From positions 62,001 to 126,000 of the forward strand of contig NW_026861864.1 of the NCBI RefSeq assembly GCF_026571515.1: a stretch of 64,000 bases of DNA. Direction: 5' to 3'. The notes beneath the pieces were generated by a model. That model was given only the letters and a program-made list of their open reading frames with translations. It did no database searches and had not been told where the DNA came from. The position numbers were made by a program, and so were the translations under genes. This document shows positions 24,613-39,127 of this stretch, in pieces. This stretch comes from Ruditapes philippinarum (lineage: Eukaryota). The stretch's first letter is position 1, and each line of letters starts with the position of its first letter.

Positions 24613-27600
24613 TCATAACTTTGACTTGAACCTGGATGATTCCTGGCTAAGTATGGTTTTGACTATTTCGGTAGCTTCAATGGCAGTGCCCCAACTCAGT
24701 GCCACCCCGTTAGCACCGTGTCCGTAATTATGCACAACCTGCAAAACCATATAGTTTTGTGAAAAAATAGTTTCTTATCATGCTTTATTTCTCGCTTAAT
24801 TATTATTTATTTATAGAGAATCACCACCTGAAATAATATTCAGGTGGCTTACTGCCTTTGAGAGGAAATAAATGTACACTTTCAATTTGGATTATGTGAA
24901 AAATGATAGTTAGGCTATCAAATGAAAGTATTGAAAGCAAAAACAAAAAACGGGTTATTATCGGTAAGTAAACCCACGGTGATAGCCTGAGGGACTGCAG
25001 TAAAGCTCATGAACACAACTCTCGGTGCTTATGGAATCCCTAACGCTATAGTATGTGCGTCTGGTACTTTTAGTTTAAAAAAAAACCTCCCCGAAAATTA
25101 TCTAAGCCTTCATAACAGAACAGAGAACAACAAAAAAGAAAGAAAAAAGGAAGAACTGTAATTGTGTATGCAATCTATGTTAGACCCAACCTTTAACTGT
25201 TTTCCATTGCATGATAGATCTTCTACTTCCAACCTAATAAATGCCCTGTGTGGTCTCAGTCCAACCCATTTGTTTATAACCTCAGAATTCTGGAAATATA
25301 TGTCATCATTGTTTGAAATTAACTAAATATTTCAGTCATAAATGGCATTTGAATTTTGAGAAACGAAATCTGAAATACATATATAATCCATCGCCCATGC
25401 ATAAAAAATATATTACGGTATTTGATGATCAGCTAGACAAATCAGTGTTGACTTGTCAGTTCCTTACTAAGTAAAACCAAGCACGAATAAAATGTTTAAT
25501 TATCCGTTCATTTAATACAGACGCCACAAAATGTGCAGACGAGATTGTAGTAGGCTTGTGTAAGAAAAAATAGCAACAGAAATATTAAATTAGAATACTT
25601 TGAGCCCGGGAAGAAGATTAACACATCTTGATTTTACGTCATCAAACCATTCCCAACCGCCAGATGTTTCATACTGGTCTTTTTGGCGCGTGCCCCCTAG
25701 TACAACATTGTCCTGTCTGCAAATATTGTTGCAAAGAAAAATATTATAAAAATTATGTATAAAAAAACAATAAAAAAAACAACAAATGGTGGTTTATATA
25801 CCATCATGCTTGTTTGTTTACTAACAACTACAGTAATTAACTTTGAATGCAACGTATATTGTAAAAGAAACAATAGTTTCGTTCCTCTAATCAACAAAAT
25901 GAAAACATTACATGACGTTTTCATGAACTCTATTTCTGCGTGCTTGTGTAGCATCATCTTTAACACGGAGCTCGAGATGGTAAGATTGTGTAGAATCATG
26001 TTTTAGATGTACCTCTAAATATACTTGATCAAACAGACTCACCCTGGGTAAATGTAACTGGAAGCATCATCCCAAACATAAAAATGCTTGACCCATGGTG
26101 CTGCAACCTGTATATACAATTTTTGAAATATAACTTAATAATTATGTTCTAGTAACAAATCATTCTCAAACACATAAATATATCCTCAGTCAGTATATAG
26201 TTATTGCTACGATTAAGAAATTTGAAATGCAAAAACTTGAAAATCACGAAAATACGACGACCAAAATGCGAAAACTCAAAAATACGATGGTGAAGATGCG
26301 AAATCATGATGACGAAAACTCGATAATTGTCGACTAGAAGTATTTATTTGTTTGTTTGTATTTTGTTTGTTGCTTTTTTATGTAAATGATTTGAAATTTT
26401 AAGAAACAAAACTTACCCTGATCAAATGTCCTCTTACAGGAAACACTTTTTTATCATTCAAGAGAGTCGACGAGCCAAAACCGGTACAGTTCACAAGCAG
26501 AGAACATTTTCCTGCAAACTATAAAAAGTTGATATTTACTTCAATTTTTGATAATGTTTACATCCACTGCACGATATACCGGTTCATTCTGATTGAATAG
26601 TTAATTAATTGGTGTATTGTTTAAAAGATAATAGAAGATATATGTGAGCAAACAACTCAAAAACATTGAATATGAGACTGTGTCAGCTTATGAGATCATT
26701 AAAAGAAAATTATGATCTTTTTTTCCCCGTCAAAATAAGGATCTTTTGATATACATTTTGTACTTACTTCAAGTATCTCGTTGACTTTCCTCTTTTCTAT
26801 GCGACCACCTCTCGAAACAAACCTATAATATCGTTAAAAATGCTTTCTTTGTTGTCCTTAACGATCTAACATTATCTACAGGTGTACTTTCAACATGATA
26901 ATACATAGTATTCTCTAACCTTACAAATATATGTTTTTACCTTCTTCTAACAACTAGTATACAAAACTGGGGTTTCTTAATCATATAATGAAATATCAAG
27001 AAGACCAGCATTGTTTACTCAACTGATAAATATAATAAATATATACTGAAAAGAACACAAACCTTTTTGTTAACCAAGGCAAGTATCTTCTGCATTCAAT
27101 CATCAAACTTGTATATTTCCACCCAAAACTTTATAACAGAAATAAATTGTTTAAAAATATAACACAAAACATCAAGCCTGTAGTAATAAAATGATATTAA
27201 CAATTTTATAACATGATTAATATATTGTTTAATACATTTAAGCAGTTACATTGAGAATCGTTCTTGGAACATCAACAAGAATGGCTTAATAAACTGATAC
27301 ATAATATGTTATTAATTTGGAGTGAAGCAGAAAAAAACGTACAGTCAAACCTGGGTTAATGACCATCTCTGAATAAAGAAAACCCTGCAAATAAAGACTA
27401 CTTTTTTTATAAAATGAAGTAACCTCCAAATAAAGACAACTTGTCTATAAAGGCCAGTATCTGTCTCTTCCCTGGAAGACCTTTGTTCACAGGTTTGACT
27501 GTATCTGGGTAATTTACGGTTACTAGGAAATTAAATAAATATATAGATCTAATTGGATAATTATATTACCTAAAATTTCCAGGCAGATCGGCAAGCTCTT

Positions 27601-30600
27601 TTTCTGTCAATTCAGTGATACCGTAGTGAAATCTTGGGGGCTAAATAAACAATGTTGTCATATTGACTGTACCAAATTTTATTAATTTACAGATGATACC
27701 TTGGTCTTTATTGCACAAAACGCCATCAACTCTTTTAAAATTATTATGATTAATGATAACTATAAATTTTCTTACAACAAACATGCACCTGTTAGTATCG
27801 GTGCATCAATCGGAGCACCTTGTTTATTATTCAAAATAACCTCGCACTTTAAGTAGTTCCAGCACGTGGTTATAGATGTAGAGAAAAACACAAGGTGGAA
27901 TCTTTGTTAAAACATAACGAATGTACAATATATATTTGACATCCAAGTTCGGTAAAATAATGATTAAACATATGTCTTACAAACATAATCAATTTAAAAA
28001 TACTCGCTGATGTACAATTAAAACCAAATCCAAAATAATGTTATCAGGACTGGTACGTACACTTCCGGTTTCTGCAACCGTCGAAATCAGTATCCGGAGT
28101 TTGACGGAAAGGGTCGAAAAGATACGAAAGTCGGTTTGTATTCAATGATACGTGACTTACAATCATTATACAATTATTTTAGTTATATGAACTTTACTGA
28201 TATTTTATTGTTATTGGAATGTAAAACGGACAATTAGATATCTATGATACTGTGCTATTAAAACTACACAATCGTAACTGAAAATGGTTGCCTGTATATT
28301 TTGTTAAAATTTTATTTTATTAATCAGAATAATTGAAATGTCGATCAACACTTGTATGTTCCTTGTAAAAATTCATGTACGTAATTAATACTAGAAAAAA
28401 ACTTTACAAAAGGTTCTTGTCTGCAAGTTAATAAAACCATTGAAGCAAAGATGTTGCTAAACTCACATTTGAGCCTTTGTTTGCAAAATGGTAGCCTGAT
28501 AGACGTATAACGCCTGTTTCACTGGGATCATCCTCTACATTCAATGTGTGATACCATTTAAATGAATCCTGACACCATGTCCTTAAAGAAGACAAGAAAT
28601 AATTAATACCAATCAGAATGCCAGTAGACATTAAGTGTGGCTACATTGATGAAATACAATAACTAGTAAACTACTTGTGTTATTACATTGATAAAAGACT
28701 ATAACCAGTTAACTACTTGTGTGGTTACATTGATAAAAGACTATAACCAGTTAACTACTTGTGTGGTTACATTGATAAAAGACTATAACCTGTAAACTAC
28801 TTGTGTGGTTACATTGATAAAAGACTATAACCAGTAAACTACTTGTGTGGTTACATTGATAAAAGACTATAACCAGTTAACTACTTGTGTGGCTACATTG
28901 ATAAAAGACTATAACCAGTAAACTACTTGTGTGGTTACATTGATAACATACATAAAACCAGTAATATTAATTTTGTGATTACACTGATGTTGCACAACAT
29001 ATGAAGTCAGTATTTTTAGTATGATAACAGGAAAATGGTAAGCTATTGATAGGTCTATACTTATCACATACAGAAAGTCAGTTAGGTGTGATTACATTGA
29101 TAACAGACAGTAAGTCAGAAAACTGGGGCGTCAAGTCGCAGACATGAAGTCACTTAACTTGAAGCAACTTCACTGATAAAAATCAGGAAACCTATAAGTG
29201 CGACTATATTTCTAAAATTATTTGTGTTATTACACTGAAAACAGACATGAAACCAGTAAGCTATAGTTGTGATTACATTGATAACAGACTCGAAATCACT
29301 TACATGTAACTATTTGTGTGATAACACGTTGATAACATAGAGAAGTCAGTTAGCTAGCTGTTGCTACGACCACATTGATCACAGACAGACAGCCAGTAAA
29401 CTACGGGTACTGCATGGATCACAGAAGGCAGTTTACTACAGGTGCAACTTCATTGATCACAGACAAAATGCCAGTAAACTGCATGTGCGACTATATTTAT
29501 CACAGACAGAAAACCAGTTAACTAAGTTTGCGACTACTTTAATTGCAGGTGCAATTTCATTGATCACAGACAGAATGCCAGTCAACTACAGGTGCGACTA
29601 TATTGATCACATATATAAAACCAGTGCGACTGCATTGATTACAGACATAAAGCAGGTTTACTACAGGTGCGACTGCATTGATCACAGGCAGAAAGCCAGT
29701 TAACTACGTATGCAAATACTTTAATTACAGACAGAAAGTCAGTTAACTACATGTGCAACTTTATTGATCACAGACAGAAAGCCAGTAAACTACAGGTGCG
29801 ACTATAATAATCACAGACAGAAAACCAGTTTACTACGTGCGCGACTACATTGATCACAGACAAAAAGCCAGTTAGCTACATGCGCAACTTCACTGATCAC
29901 AGACAGAATGCCAGTAAACTACAGGTAAGACTATATTTATCACAGACAGAAAGCCAGTTAACAACGTATGCAAATACTTTAATTACAGACAGAAAGCTAG
30001 TTTACTACATGTTCAACTTTATTGATCACAGACAGAAAGCCAGTAAACTACAGGTGCGACTACAAAATGCGACTACAATGATCACAGACAGAACACCAGT
30101 TTACTACGTGCGCGACTACATTGATCACAGACAAAAAGCCAGTTAGCTACAGGCGCAACTTCACTGATCACAGACAGAATGCCAGTAAACTACAGGTAAG
30201 ACTGCAAAATGCGACTACAATGATCACAGACAGAACACCAGTTTACTACGTGCGCGACTATATTGATCACAGACAAAAAGCTAGTTAACTACAGGCGCAA
30301 CTTCACTTCAAATAATCACAGCAAGAATGCCAGAAAACTACTGTTTCGGTTACATTGATCACAAACACGAAATTTGTACGACTATATTCATGATATTCAG
30401 AAAGCCAGTAAACTTCAGGTGCGACTACATTAATCACAGTCAGAAAGCCAATAAACTACAGGTGCAACATCATTGATCACAGACAGAAAGTCAGTAAACT
30501 ACAAGTGCGACTTCATTGATCACAGCCAGTAAGCCAAAAAAACTTCAGTTTTGACTACATTGATCACCGACACGAAATTTGTACGACTACATTGATCAAA

Positions 30601-32779
30601 GTCAGAAAGCCAGCAAACTTCAGGTGCAACGTTATTGATCACATACAGAATAACAGTAAACAACAAGTGCGACTACATTGATCACAGACAGTAAGGTGCA
30701 ACTTCATTAACCACAGCCAGAATGCCAGAAAACTACTGTTTCGACTACATTGATCACAAACACGAAATTTGTACAACTATATTCATGATAATCAGAAAGC
30801 CAGTAAACTTCAGGTGCGACTACATAAATCACAGTCAGAAAGCCAATAAACTACAGGTGCAACGTCATTGATCACAGACAGAAAGTCAGTAAACTACAAG
30901 TGCGACTACATTGATCACAACCAGTAAGCCAAAAAAACTTCTGTTTCGACTACATTGATCACCGACACGAAATTTGTACGACTACACTTATCACAGACGG
31001 AAAGCCAGTTAACTACATGTGCGACTATATTGATCACAGACAAAAAGCCAGTTAACTACAGGTGCAACTTCATTGATCACAGACAGAAAGCCAGAAAACC
31101 ACTGTTTGGACTACATTGATCACAGACAGGAAATGTGTACGACTACATGTATATTTATCACAGTTAGAATGCCAGAAAAAATATTTGTGCGGCTATATTG
31201 ATTACAGATAGAAAGTAAGTTACTAGTAAGTATTGGTGCGAATTATCACATGCAGAAAGTCAGTTATCTTAAATGCGCGACTGAACTGATTTAAACAGTC
31301 AATTGGTTATATCATATGTATACCAATGAACAGGTTTATTGTATGTTTATGCTGTATAAACGCTTGAAACTTGAAAACTTGGTCAACTATTGTAAATAAT
31401 TATCACAAGTGGAAAACCGGTAGCGTAGAACATGACTATATTTATATGAAACAATGAATCCGTACACTAGCAAAACCAGGACATTAAATTAACTTCGCTA
31501 CTTATTTTTCCCCAATTTGTTTGAACGACGTTAACTTCAAGTCCATTAAAGCAAATTGACATGTTTCCTGTGCGAGCACCGCATGACAATGAGATAACAT
31601 ACCATTAATGTGCAGCTATGAAGTCCGGTTTTTTTTGTTGGTTTCGCGATAACCGTCATGTAGCCGACACTTGTTGGCTTGTTTTCCGTCCTAGCGATAC
31701 TTCAGAAGACACCAAGAAACTAACATTAATTTAGCAGCCACAACAGGACCATGTTGCACTAAGCAGTTTTATGAAATGAGCCGTGTCATGACAAACCCAA
31801 CATAATGGGTTTGCGACCAGCATGGATCCAGACCAGCCTGCGCATCCGCGCAGTCTGATCAGGATCCATGCTGTTCGCTATCAGTTTCTCTACTTGTAAT
31901 AGGGTTGGTAAGCGAAAGGCGTGGATCCTGATCAGACTGCGCGGATGCGCAGGCTGGTCTGGATCCATCCTGGTCGCAAAGTCATTATGTTGGTTTTGTC
32001 GTGACGCGGCTCAAATGTCTTCGTCGCTATTTCGAACAAAGTGCTCAACATAATACTAGTAATATAATAAATATTGTTTTAGATTTATTGGGGTTGATTA
32101 TTTAAGATACACTTTGGGGTCAGACAGTGACCCCCTCTTGTTCAGCATTAGCTTATTCTCAGTTACTTTTAGCATATAATCCCAAGTGGGCTCAAAATTG
32201 GTTTCATTCAATTTCCACGCGAATTAAAAAATCATGTTTATAATCAATTCCCTGGGATTTTTACTTCAATATTAAGATATATGTTAAAATGATAAATGTT
32301 CTTTTTTATTGGCGAGGCCCAAGCGTATGTGCCCCTTACTGCATCTAACCCTTTAACCGGTATGTATTTGAGACATAATCGATTGATCAATATGAGAATC
32401 AGTGTTGTCAATAACAACAACAACATAAAATACAATACATGCCTTTCTTCTAAATAATAAATTTTAAATCTACGTGTGTCACTGAAATAAAATAAATGTT
32501 TAATTAAGCTACTTGTAACTTGCTTATATGCATTTTAAGATATAAAATAGAACGTGTACAGGCTGTGTAAACTATACTAAAGTACCTGTATTGTTGTAAA
32601 CATTTCACCGGTGTTTTCTCCACAGACGGTCGGAATATTCCTGCCGCTCCGTCGCTCGTTGTATCTTTAGTGAACTTGTCGGCGATTAATGTCACTTTTC
32701 TATCAGGTAACACATCCTGAATTCTTACTGCCGTTGATAAACCGACCACTCCAGCACCAAGTACAACTATATCATACAT
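24613..32779 (-). CDS. DDO: D-aspartate oxidase (DAO/DDO family FAD oxidase), 10 exons, 336 aa, peroxisomal
   Basis: Exons 32779-32586, 28581-28467, 27640-27570, 27128-27063, 26822-26768, 26518-26417, 26107-26043, 25716-25599, 25289-25191 and 24738-24613. All are GT-AG and in phase (1011 nt). Motifs: GAGVVG (FAD binding), TTSDGAAG, VNCTG, PVRG, YIYPG, LGGTRQK, GLRP, HNYGHG and C-terminal PTS1 SKL. YIYPG and GGTRQK resemble DDO more than DAO. Confidence 0.92.
28636..31280. repeat. 42/43-bp satellite in DDO intron 1
   Basis: Homogeneous 42-mers at 28636-28960. 43-mers (GTGCGACTACATTGATCACAGACAGAAAGCCAGTAAACTACAG) at 29360-31200. Confidence 0.92.
31778..32012. mobile_element. Palindromic MITE (Sola-like), full copy in DDO intron 1
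   Basis: AAAT|GAGCCGTGTCATGAC...GTCGTGACGCGGCTC|AAAT with long near-perfect arms. Confidence 0.8.
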
Positions 32780-33533
32780 TATATCACTGATCTGATCATC
32801 TCAACTTAACAATTATTTTAAGTATGTATATGAATACTACGTATGTTTAAGTATCATAATGAACTTATTATAATATATAGCTTATCAGTACATGGAGAAA
32901 AAGAAGTTCAAGGCTGGCGAGTTCACGCATATACAAGTATAGAATCCTAAATTACCGCGGTTGTTATTTTCGCGATTGATTTTCCTATAGCTAAAAGCAT
33001 AAATAGTTGATAAAAACGTCAGCAAATGCTTATCTAAACAAGAGCTACCACCGGGCGCGGGTAACGCTCGACTTATAACAAATAAACGGTTTAAAATGAT
33101 TTTAATAAATATCTCGTCGCATATCGACAATCCGCAACATATTTTGCAAAGATGACAGATCGTGCAGTTCTCACAGATGTTGCAGACAAAAACGATATTG
33201 TATTATCTGAATCAGTTGAGTTCAGATAGTAGGTAACAGCTATGTATAGATTTATGCAATTTATTTCATCCCTGGCTAAATCTTGAATCAACTGTCATCT
33301 TACATACCATCGCCAATGAACCAGTACCAGTTTCACGTAGAAAGAGCGTTTACAACAACTTTTGCGCGCAGCGTCAAAATATCTTACTTCTGACAGTGAC
33401 ACCGTATCTTTCTGTCGTACAAAATGGATGTCAAGCCTGCAGACGAGCAGAAAGATAAAGATAGTTTTCCCCAAAACAAGGTAAAATATGTCAGTTCATT
33501 TGAAGTTTATTTCTCTTTACTACATGCAAAATG

Positions 33534-33892
33534 TATGGTGGCTGATTTCTGCCAGTTCGTATCTTCGCCCCTCAAAAGTCACGATAATATGCTCACTTAT
33601 CGTGTCTCCCCCTTCGACTTTTGAGGGCGCCGATACGAAGACACGATGTATTTTAGGCGAAATAACGATATTTTAATAGCCGAAGACACGAGATTTTTTT
33701 CTGCAAAATTATCGTGCTGGCGGGTAGAAATCTTTCCATTTCGCAATTTGAGAAGAGGACACGGCGACACGACAAATATAGGGCGCCGATACAAAGATTG
33801 TCTACGCCAGTGAGGATTTTATCGTGTCTTCGCCTTCGCCTTTTTAGGGGCGACGACACGAAAACACGAAATGGCAGAAATTAGCCACCATA
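33534..33892. mobile_element. MITE with TATGG..CCATA ends and a 6-bp target duplication (IS3EU-like)
   Basis: TIRs TATGGTGGCTGATTTCTGCCA / TGGCAGAAATTAGCCACCATA, with AAAATG on both sides. Confidence 0.75.
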
Positions 33893-34412
33893 AAAATGCT
33901 TCACTAAGTACAGTTGGGGCATAGTGAGAATAATATTGCTTTGATTACGAAATATAACGCCTTTCTAGTGCGTTCAGCTCACATGACTGATCAAAATACA
34001 ATATAAATATGTATAGAATCAATATTGTAGTACCACTTTAATAATAACCTGTTTTTGTATATTTGGACACCGCATTATTCATCCTTGAAATAACCGCATT
34101 TTTCTGTTGTTTTCGTTTATTTCAGTAACGTCGGTCGAAGAAAGTTGGGTTTATGCGTTTAAAAAAATTGAAGAAAAAATTAAACGTACAGATCGACTTA
34201 CTAATATATTGAGACCATTGCACCTATCTAACTGGTACTTAAGACATAGATTGACATAGCATCATCGCAAATAAACCAGTTCCGTCATCTTGCAAAATCG
34301 CAAAGGAGCCAGTTCTGTTAGTTATGCATTTGCGCACATTTTTAGGGTATGGTTTTAACTTTCATTTTTTAAATATTTTTTTGTGAATTCTTTTATTATA
34401 ACTTTTGAAAGT

Positions 34413-34472
34413 AGGCGCCAGACCTCCCTCTTGAATCTAGGGCAATGGACCAACGGTAGAGGTCTGGCGCCT
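34413..34472. repeat. GC-rich 14-bp perfect stem hairpin
   Basis: AGGCGCCAGACCTC ... GAGGTCTGGCGCCT. Confidence 0.8.
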
Positions 34473-35851
34473 CGGCGAGAAAAGTTCGTCACGTGAGTTT
34501 CAATTATCTCTTTTATAAACCTGTAATTAATCTAATGTTTTTCACAATTGAAAGTTAAACTTATAACAGAAATGTATTTGATTTCTTTGCACTTATTGAA
34601 CAGATTGAATAGTATTTCTAATTTTATTCTACATGTATTTGAAATTCTAAATTCCATTTGCCTTATGTTGAACACAATTTCGGCTCATTTAGTCAATTTT
34701 CACCCTAATTATCGACTTCACTTTAACTCAGTCTGTTGAAAGCGAATCTGTGTAAAACTTATGTTCAAAAATCCAGTTAGTTGAAAAACATCTAAAAACA
34801 ATGAAATGAAAAATGCCTTTTCCTGAATTCGAACCAGGGTCTCCACACTCACAGAGCGATGAATAGTATGCTTTTAAAACACCCGTATTTGTCAAAAATA
34901 TTGATGTAATAATAAAAGGAATAGCAAATTCAAGCTGTAATTGTACACATAAGCAAATTAAAAAACAAAACAAAAAACAAAAAAAAAACACAAAACAATT
35001 TAAAAAACCGCACACATATGTACGCAAAGTATCGACAGTACACCGCTGATTTCAATTAATTAAAATAAGTGGCAGCTCTTCCAATAATCGAAAAGAAGAT
35101 TTTTTTATGAACGACAAAAAGTTATCGATATGTTTCAATTTAAAACGCCAGATTTATTCACTGCACATAAATAGATCGATATGTTAATTTAAAATGCACG
35201 TATTGACACTGATGATCGTATATGTGTTATGTGTTATGGCAATGAACTGTATGAGACATACATATATATGTTTATAAATAAACGTCTTCTACATAGTAAA
35301 AAGATAATGATTTTGCATACGCATGACTCGCATGTTTTACAGTAAAACTCAAGTATTGTAACTGTCTATTCTCCAGAAAAGAAAAGGAAGGTAATTATAT
35401 ATTATTAAAACGAGGTTAGTGGGTGAAAATTTAACACCGAACATGTTGATGTAAAATGACTTTCAGTTCAATTAGACGTGAAGATGTTAAAATAGAATGC
35501 ATTTATTTTTAAATGTTCGGTCTCTGTTAATATATTCATAGACACTGTCCTAAAAAAGGCCAAGGCAACCAACAGTACACAATTAAAATCCAAATTGACG
35601 ATGTATACAAGTATATGCATAATTATAAATTCTGAATCCAAAAAAAAAATATAATCAACACCCATGCACCGCCTGATACTCACGGTTGATAAACATGTAA
35701 GCAAATAAATATAAATGATTAATGTTAACGGTTCGATCGTGGGTTTCCGACCTTGCAGTTCAAGAAGCGGTTATACAGAATAATGTAGTTAATAAAGTGG
35801 TAATACCATTTACCAATGATATTGCTGTGTGAGAACAACAACAACAAAAAC

Positions 35852-36430
35852 AACAAGAGCTGTCTGTAGGACAGCACGCTCGACTATTCTTAGTGCTTGA
35901 TTGTAAAAGAGTCTAAATAATGTAAAAAATTTCTAAGTTAACAAAAGGGTCAACTTTTTCCATGTTACAGTTATAGGAGAGAGTCCTATTATAAAAGAAG
36001 TGTATAAAATTTCAACTTGTTTCAAAGTCAGGTGTCAATGGAATTTGAAAATATCTGAGTAGTTATGTGGCATGCAAACTTGAAAGTGAATTTTAAGTCG
36101 AATAAGGAAAAAAATCCGTTTGCTTGATAGAGTTACCTTCTCCTGTCTTCAGGTTTGGGGCATGATGGTGAACAAGTGTTTCAAAGTTTCAATGGACTTT
36201 GAATGTCAATGGACTTTGAAAATATTTGAGGTGGTACACAAACTTTAACATAAATTCTAAGTCGAAAAAGGGGCAAAATTCTGTCAAAATGCTTGATAGA
36301 GTTACCTTCTCCTGTCTACAGGTTGGGGGTATGATCTTGAACAAGTGTGCAAAGTTTCAAAGCCATATGTCAATGGACTTAGAAAATATTTGATGTGTTA
36401 CAAAAACTTTAACATAAGTGGTTACACCGG
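35852..36430 (-). mobile_element. Helentron/HINE-like non-autonomous element with internal tandem units
   Basis: AACAAGAG terminus with hairpin GCTGTC-TGTAG-GACAGC. About 170-bp internal repeats (TGCTTGATAGAGTTACCTTCTCCTGTCT...TGAACAAGTGT). Confidence 0.55.
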
Positions 36431-36579
36431 AAAAAGACTTTCACTAACGTCATGTAAGTCACTGATTTACTTATCAAACAGAGCGTTTTCGTTAAAAATA
36501 GAAGACAAATACACAAAATGAGATATTAATGACATATTCCGTTCAACTTTAAAATTTATGACATCTCAGTATTACATCA

Positions 36580-39093
36580 TCAACAGTGAATGTCCGACTT
36601 GGATACCAAACATTTTAAGATTAGTTTTGATGGGTCAGTGATATATTCTATAACACCCTCACGCCCTTGAAGTGTGGAGACGAAGAAACTTGCCATCACA
36701 CCCTGAACAAATTGACGATATATGTCAAGTCTTGTGTTGTTTGTCGTCTTACAGAAGTGGGTCACGTGACAACCTTTAATAGATTATAATCAAGAAATAA
36801 TATATTTCAAAAGTTATTTTATCGCTAAGTTAAGTCACTGTTTGGAGTTCGAATGTCAGGAATTATTTTACAAGTACTATCTGTCCCTGTATCTTCAATA
36901 GGGAAAATGCACATAAGCGTCCTGGTGCCAATTTAAAATGTTCTATAAAATTGATAACTCCTACTTAGGACTTTGTAACTCCTACGTAGGAGATAAAAAG
37001 CCTAATTAAGAGTTTATAACTCCTACGTAGGAGTTTTTAACTCCTACGTAGGACTTTTTAACTCCTACGTAGGACTTTTAAACTCCTACGTTATAAGTCC
37101 TACGTAGGAGATAAAATAGCCTAATTAGGAGTTTGTAACTCCTACGTAGGACTTTATAATTCCTTCGTAGAAGAGCGCTTAAAAAATCCTGCGTAGGAGT
37201 TACAAAGTCCTAATTAGACTTTTTTTTATCTCCTACGAAGGAGTTACAAACTCCTACGTAGTACAAACTCCTAATTAGGCTTTTATATCTCCTACGCAGG
37301 AGTTTATCATTTTTTTAGAACATGTTAATTTGGCACCAGAACGCTTTCGTAAAAATGCGAGTGGTGTTAGAATAAATATTAATTAGTCAATTATTTAATC
37401 AATCAATAACAAAATACACTGTTAACTAAGATAACAACACTTTTTAAAAGTACTGAGTAATGTGTCCATACATTTTCAAGCAACAAAGCTTATCAAATGT
37501 TTAAACACACCACCTTGTTCTCCAAAGAAACGTGTTTCACAAAAGTCGGAAATTCAGTAACGACATCTCCCTTAAAATATCTTATTTTCGAAGCTTTAAA
37601 GAAAACTAAAACTATACATGTAAAGTAAAAGATTTACAGAAAAAATATAGCATGAACAATAATTGACATAATACATGTATTACATAACAAATAACTGACA
37701 ATTATCTGAAATTGGTGAAATTGAAAATCAGAATTCATTGACATTATAAGATATACCAAAGACAGTTACCTTCCCAGCCAAGCGGATCCAATATGTCACA
37801 ATGACCAAAATCCTGGGAAAAAATTATCAAGAAAATAAGATATGTTTTAACTGCAAATTTAAATTTATTTTATAAAAGATAGAATGAGTTTTCATGTTAC
37901 AAGTACTTTGCAAAGCATTATTAATTCATCCATTTACCTAAACATCTTCTTAGCCAAAGTTTAATATTATAGGCATTTTGCAAAGCCATCGCCTGAAATA
38001 TGTCTTTGAGTGTAGAGAGAGAAGAAAATATAGAAATATTATATTCAGACATGCTGCGTAATGTTTCATGCGTAATACATTAATTACTATTAATGGCAAC
38101 ACCACTGTACATAACTATTCAGTAGAGAAGATAATATTCTAGGAAAAATAATCTATATTTTAACACTAACATACCGCTGCTTCTATGGCAATTCTGGGAC
38201 ATTTCCACTGTTCATAAAACTGTTCGAAATCATATCCTTTAATATTACAAGGTGGGAAACCCTCCTCGGCCAGTTGTGTACCATACATTAGACCGGGTAT
38301 TGTATAGTTTACAGGTTGTCGGATTATCTGACTGTATGGCTCCAGGAATGCCGTGGACTGTGAAATAATACATTTCATTATTTACAATTTTATTTACATT
38401 GAATTTGTAAAACTGAGTAAGTCAGCAAGTTATCTTGGACAAAGGGAGCCGGCACAGTGTTTGGGAAGCATATAAAATACTTATTTGAACACCTGAACAC
38501 ACTAGAATAAAAGTTCTTACCATTACATATTGTATAGTCTATATGATATTTAATGATAAGATTTTTTTCTAGTGTTTTCAAGTGTTCAAATAAGTATTTT
38601 ATATGCTAGCCAAATACTGTGCCGGCTCCCTATGACATTGGAGGACTACGAAAAATATTAATAGAAACGATTTGCACTCGAATTTAATCACAAACTATAA
38701 TGTCAATTATTTTACATGATAATGAAGTACGTGAAAGTGATGACATCACAGAAATACTAGAAAATCATTGGATCATTTAGAATGTGTTTCCAGGACACAT
38801 CTTAATCCTTGCTCTTTCAATACAGACTTAATTAGTGCGGACGCCACGATACACTACCAAGAAGAAAAATTAAATTCATTTGAAAACTTAAATTATACGA
38901 AATCTGTAAAATGACAAAATATTTACTAACTATAAACGGATATTTCTCCGTTTCGATCATACGAATGGAAACATCACATCCGGCTGAATGGCACATCAGA
39001 CCAACGTAGTCCCATCGTGGTACAGACACAGTTTTATTGTCCATATATTTCATTAACTAAACATTGGTAAATAAACAAGAAAATATATAAATA

Positions 39094-39127
<34 letters not shown>

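Noticed and set aside
33424-33480. Short ATG-initiated exon (MDVKPADEQKDKDSFPQNK) divergent from DDO
   Set aside because: No convincing downstream exons; it lies in a repeat-rich block sharing sequence with the 12.1-kb relic.
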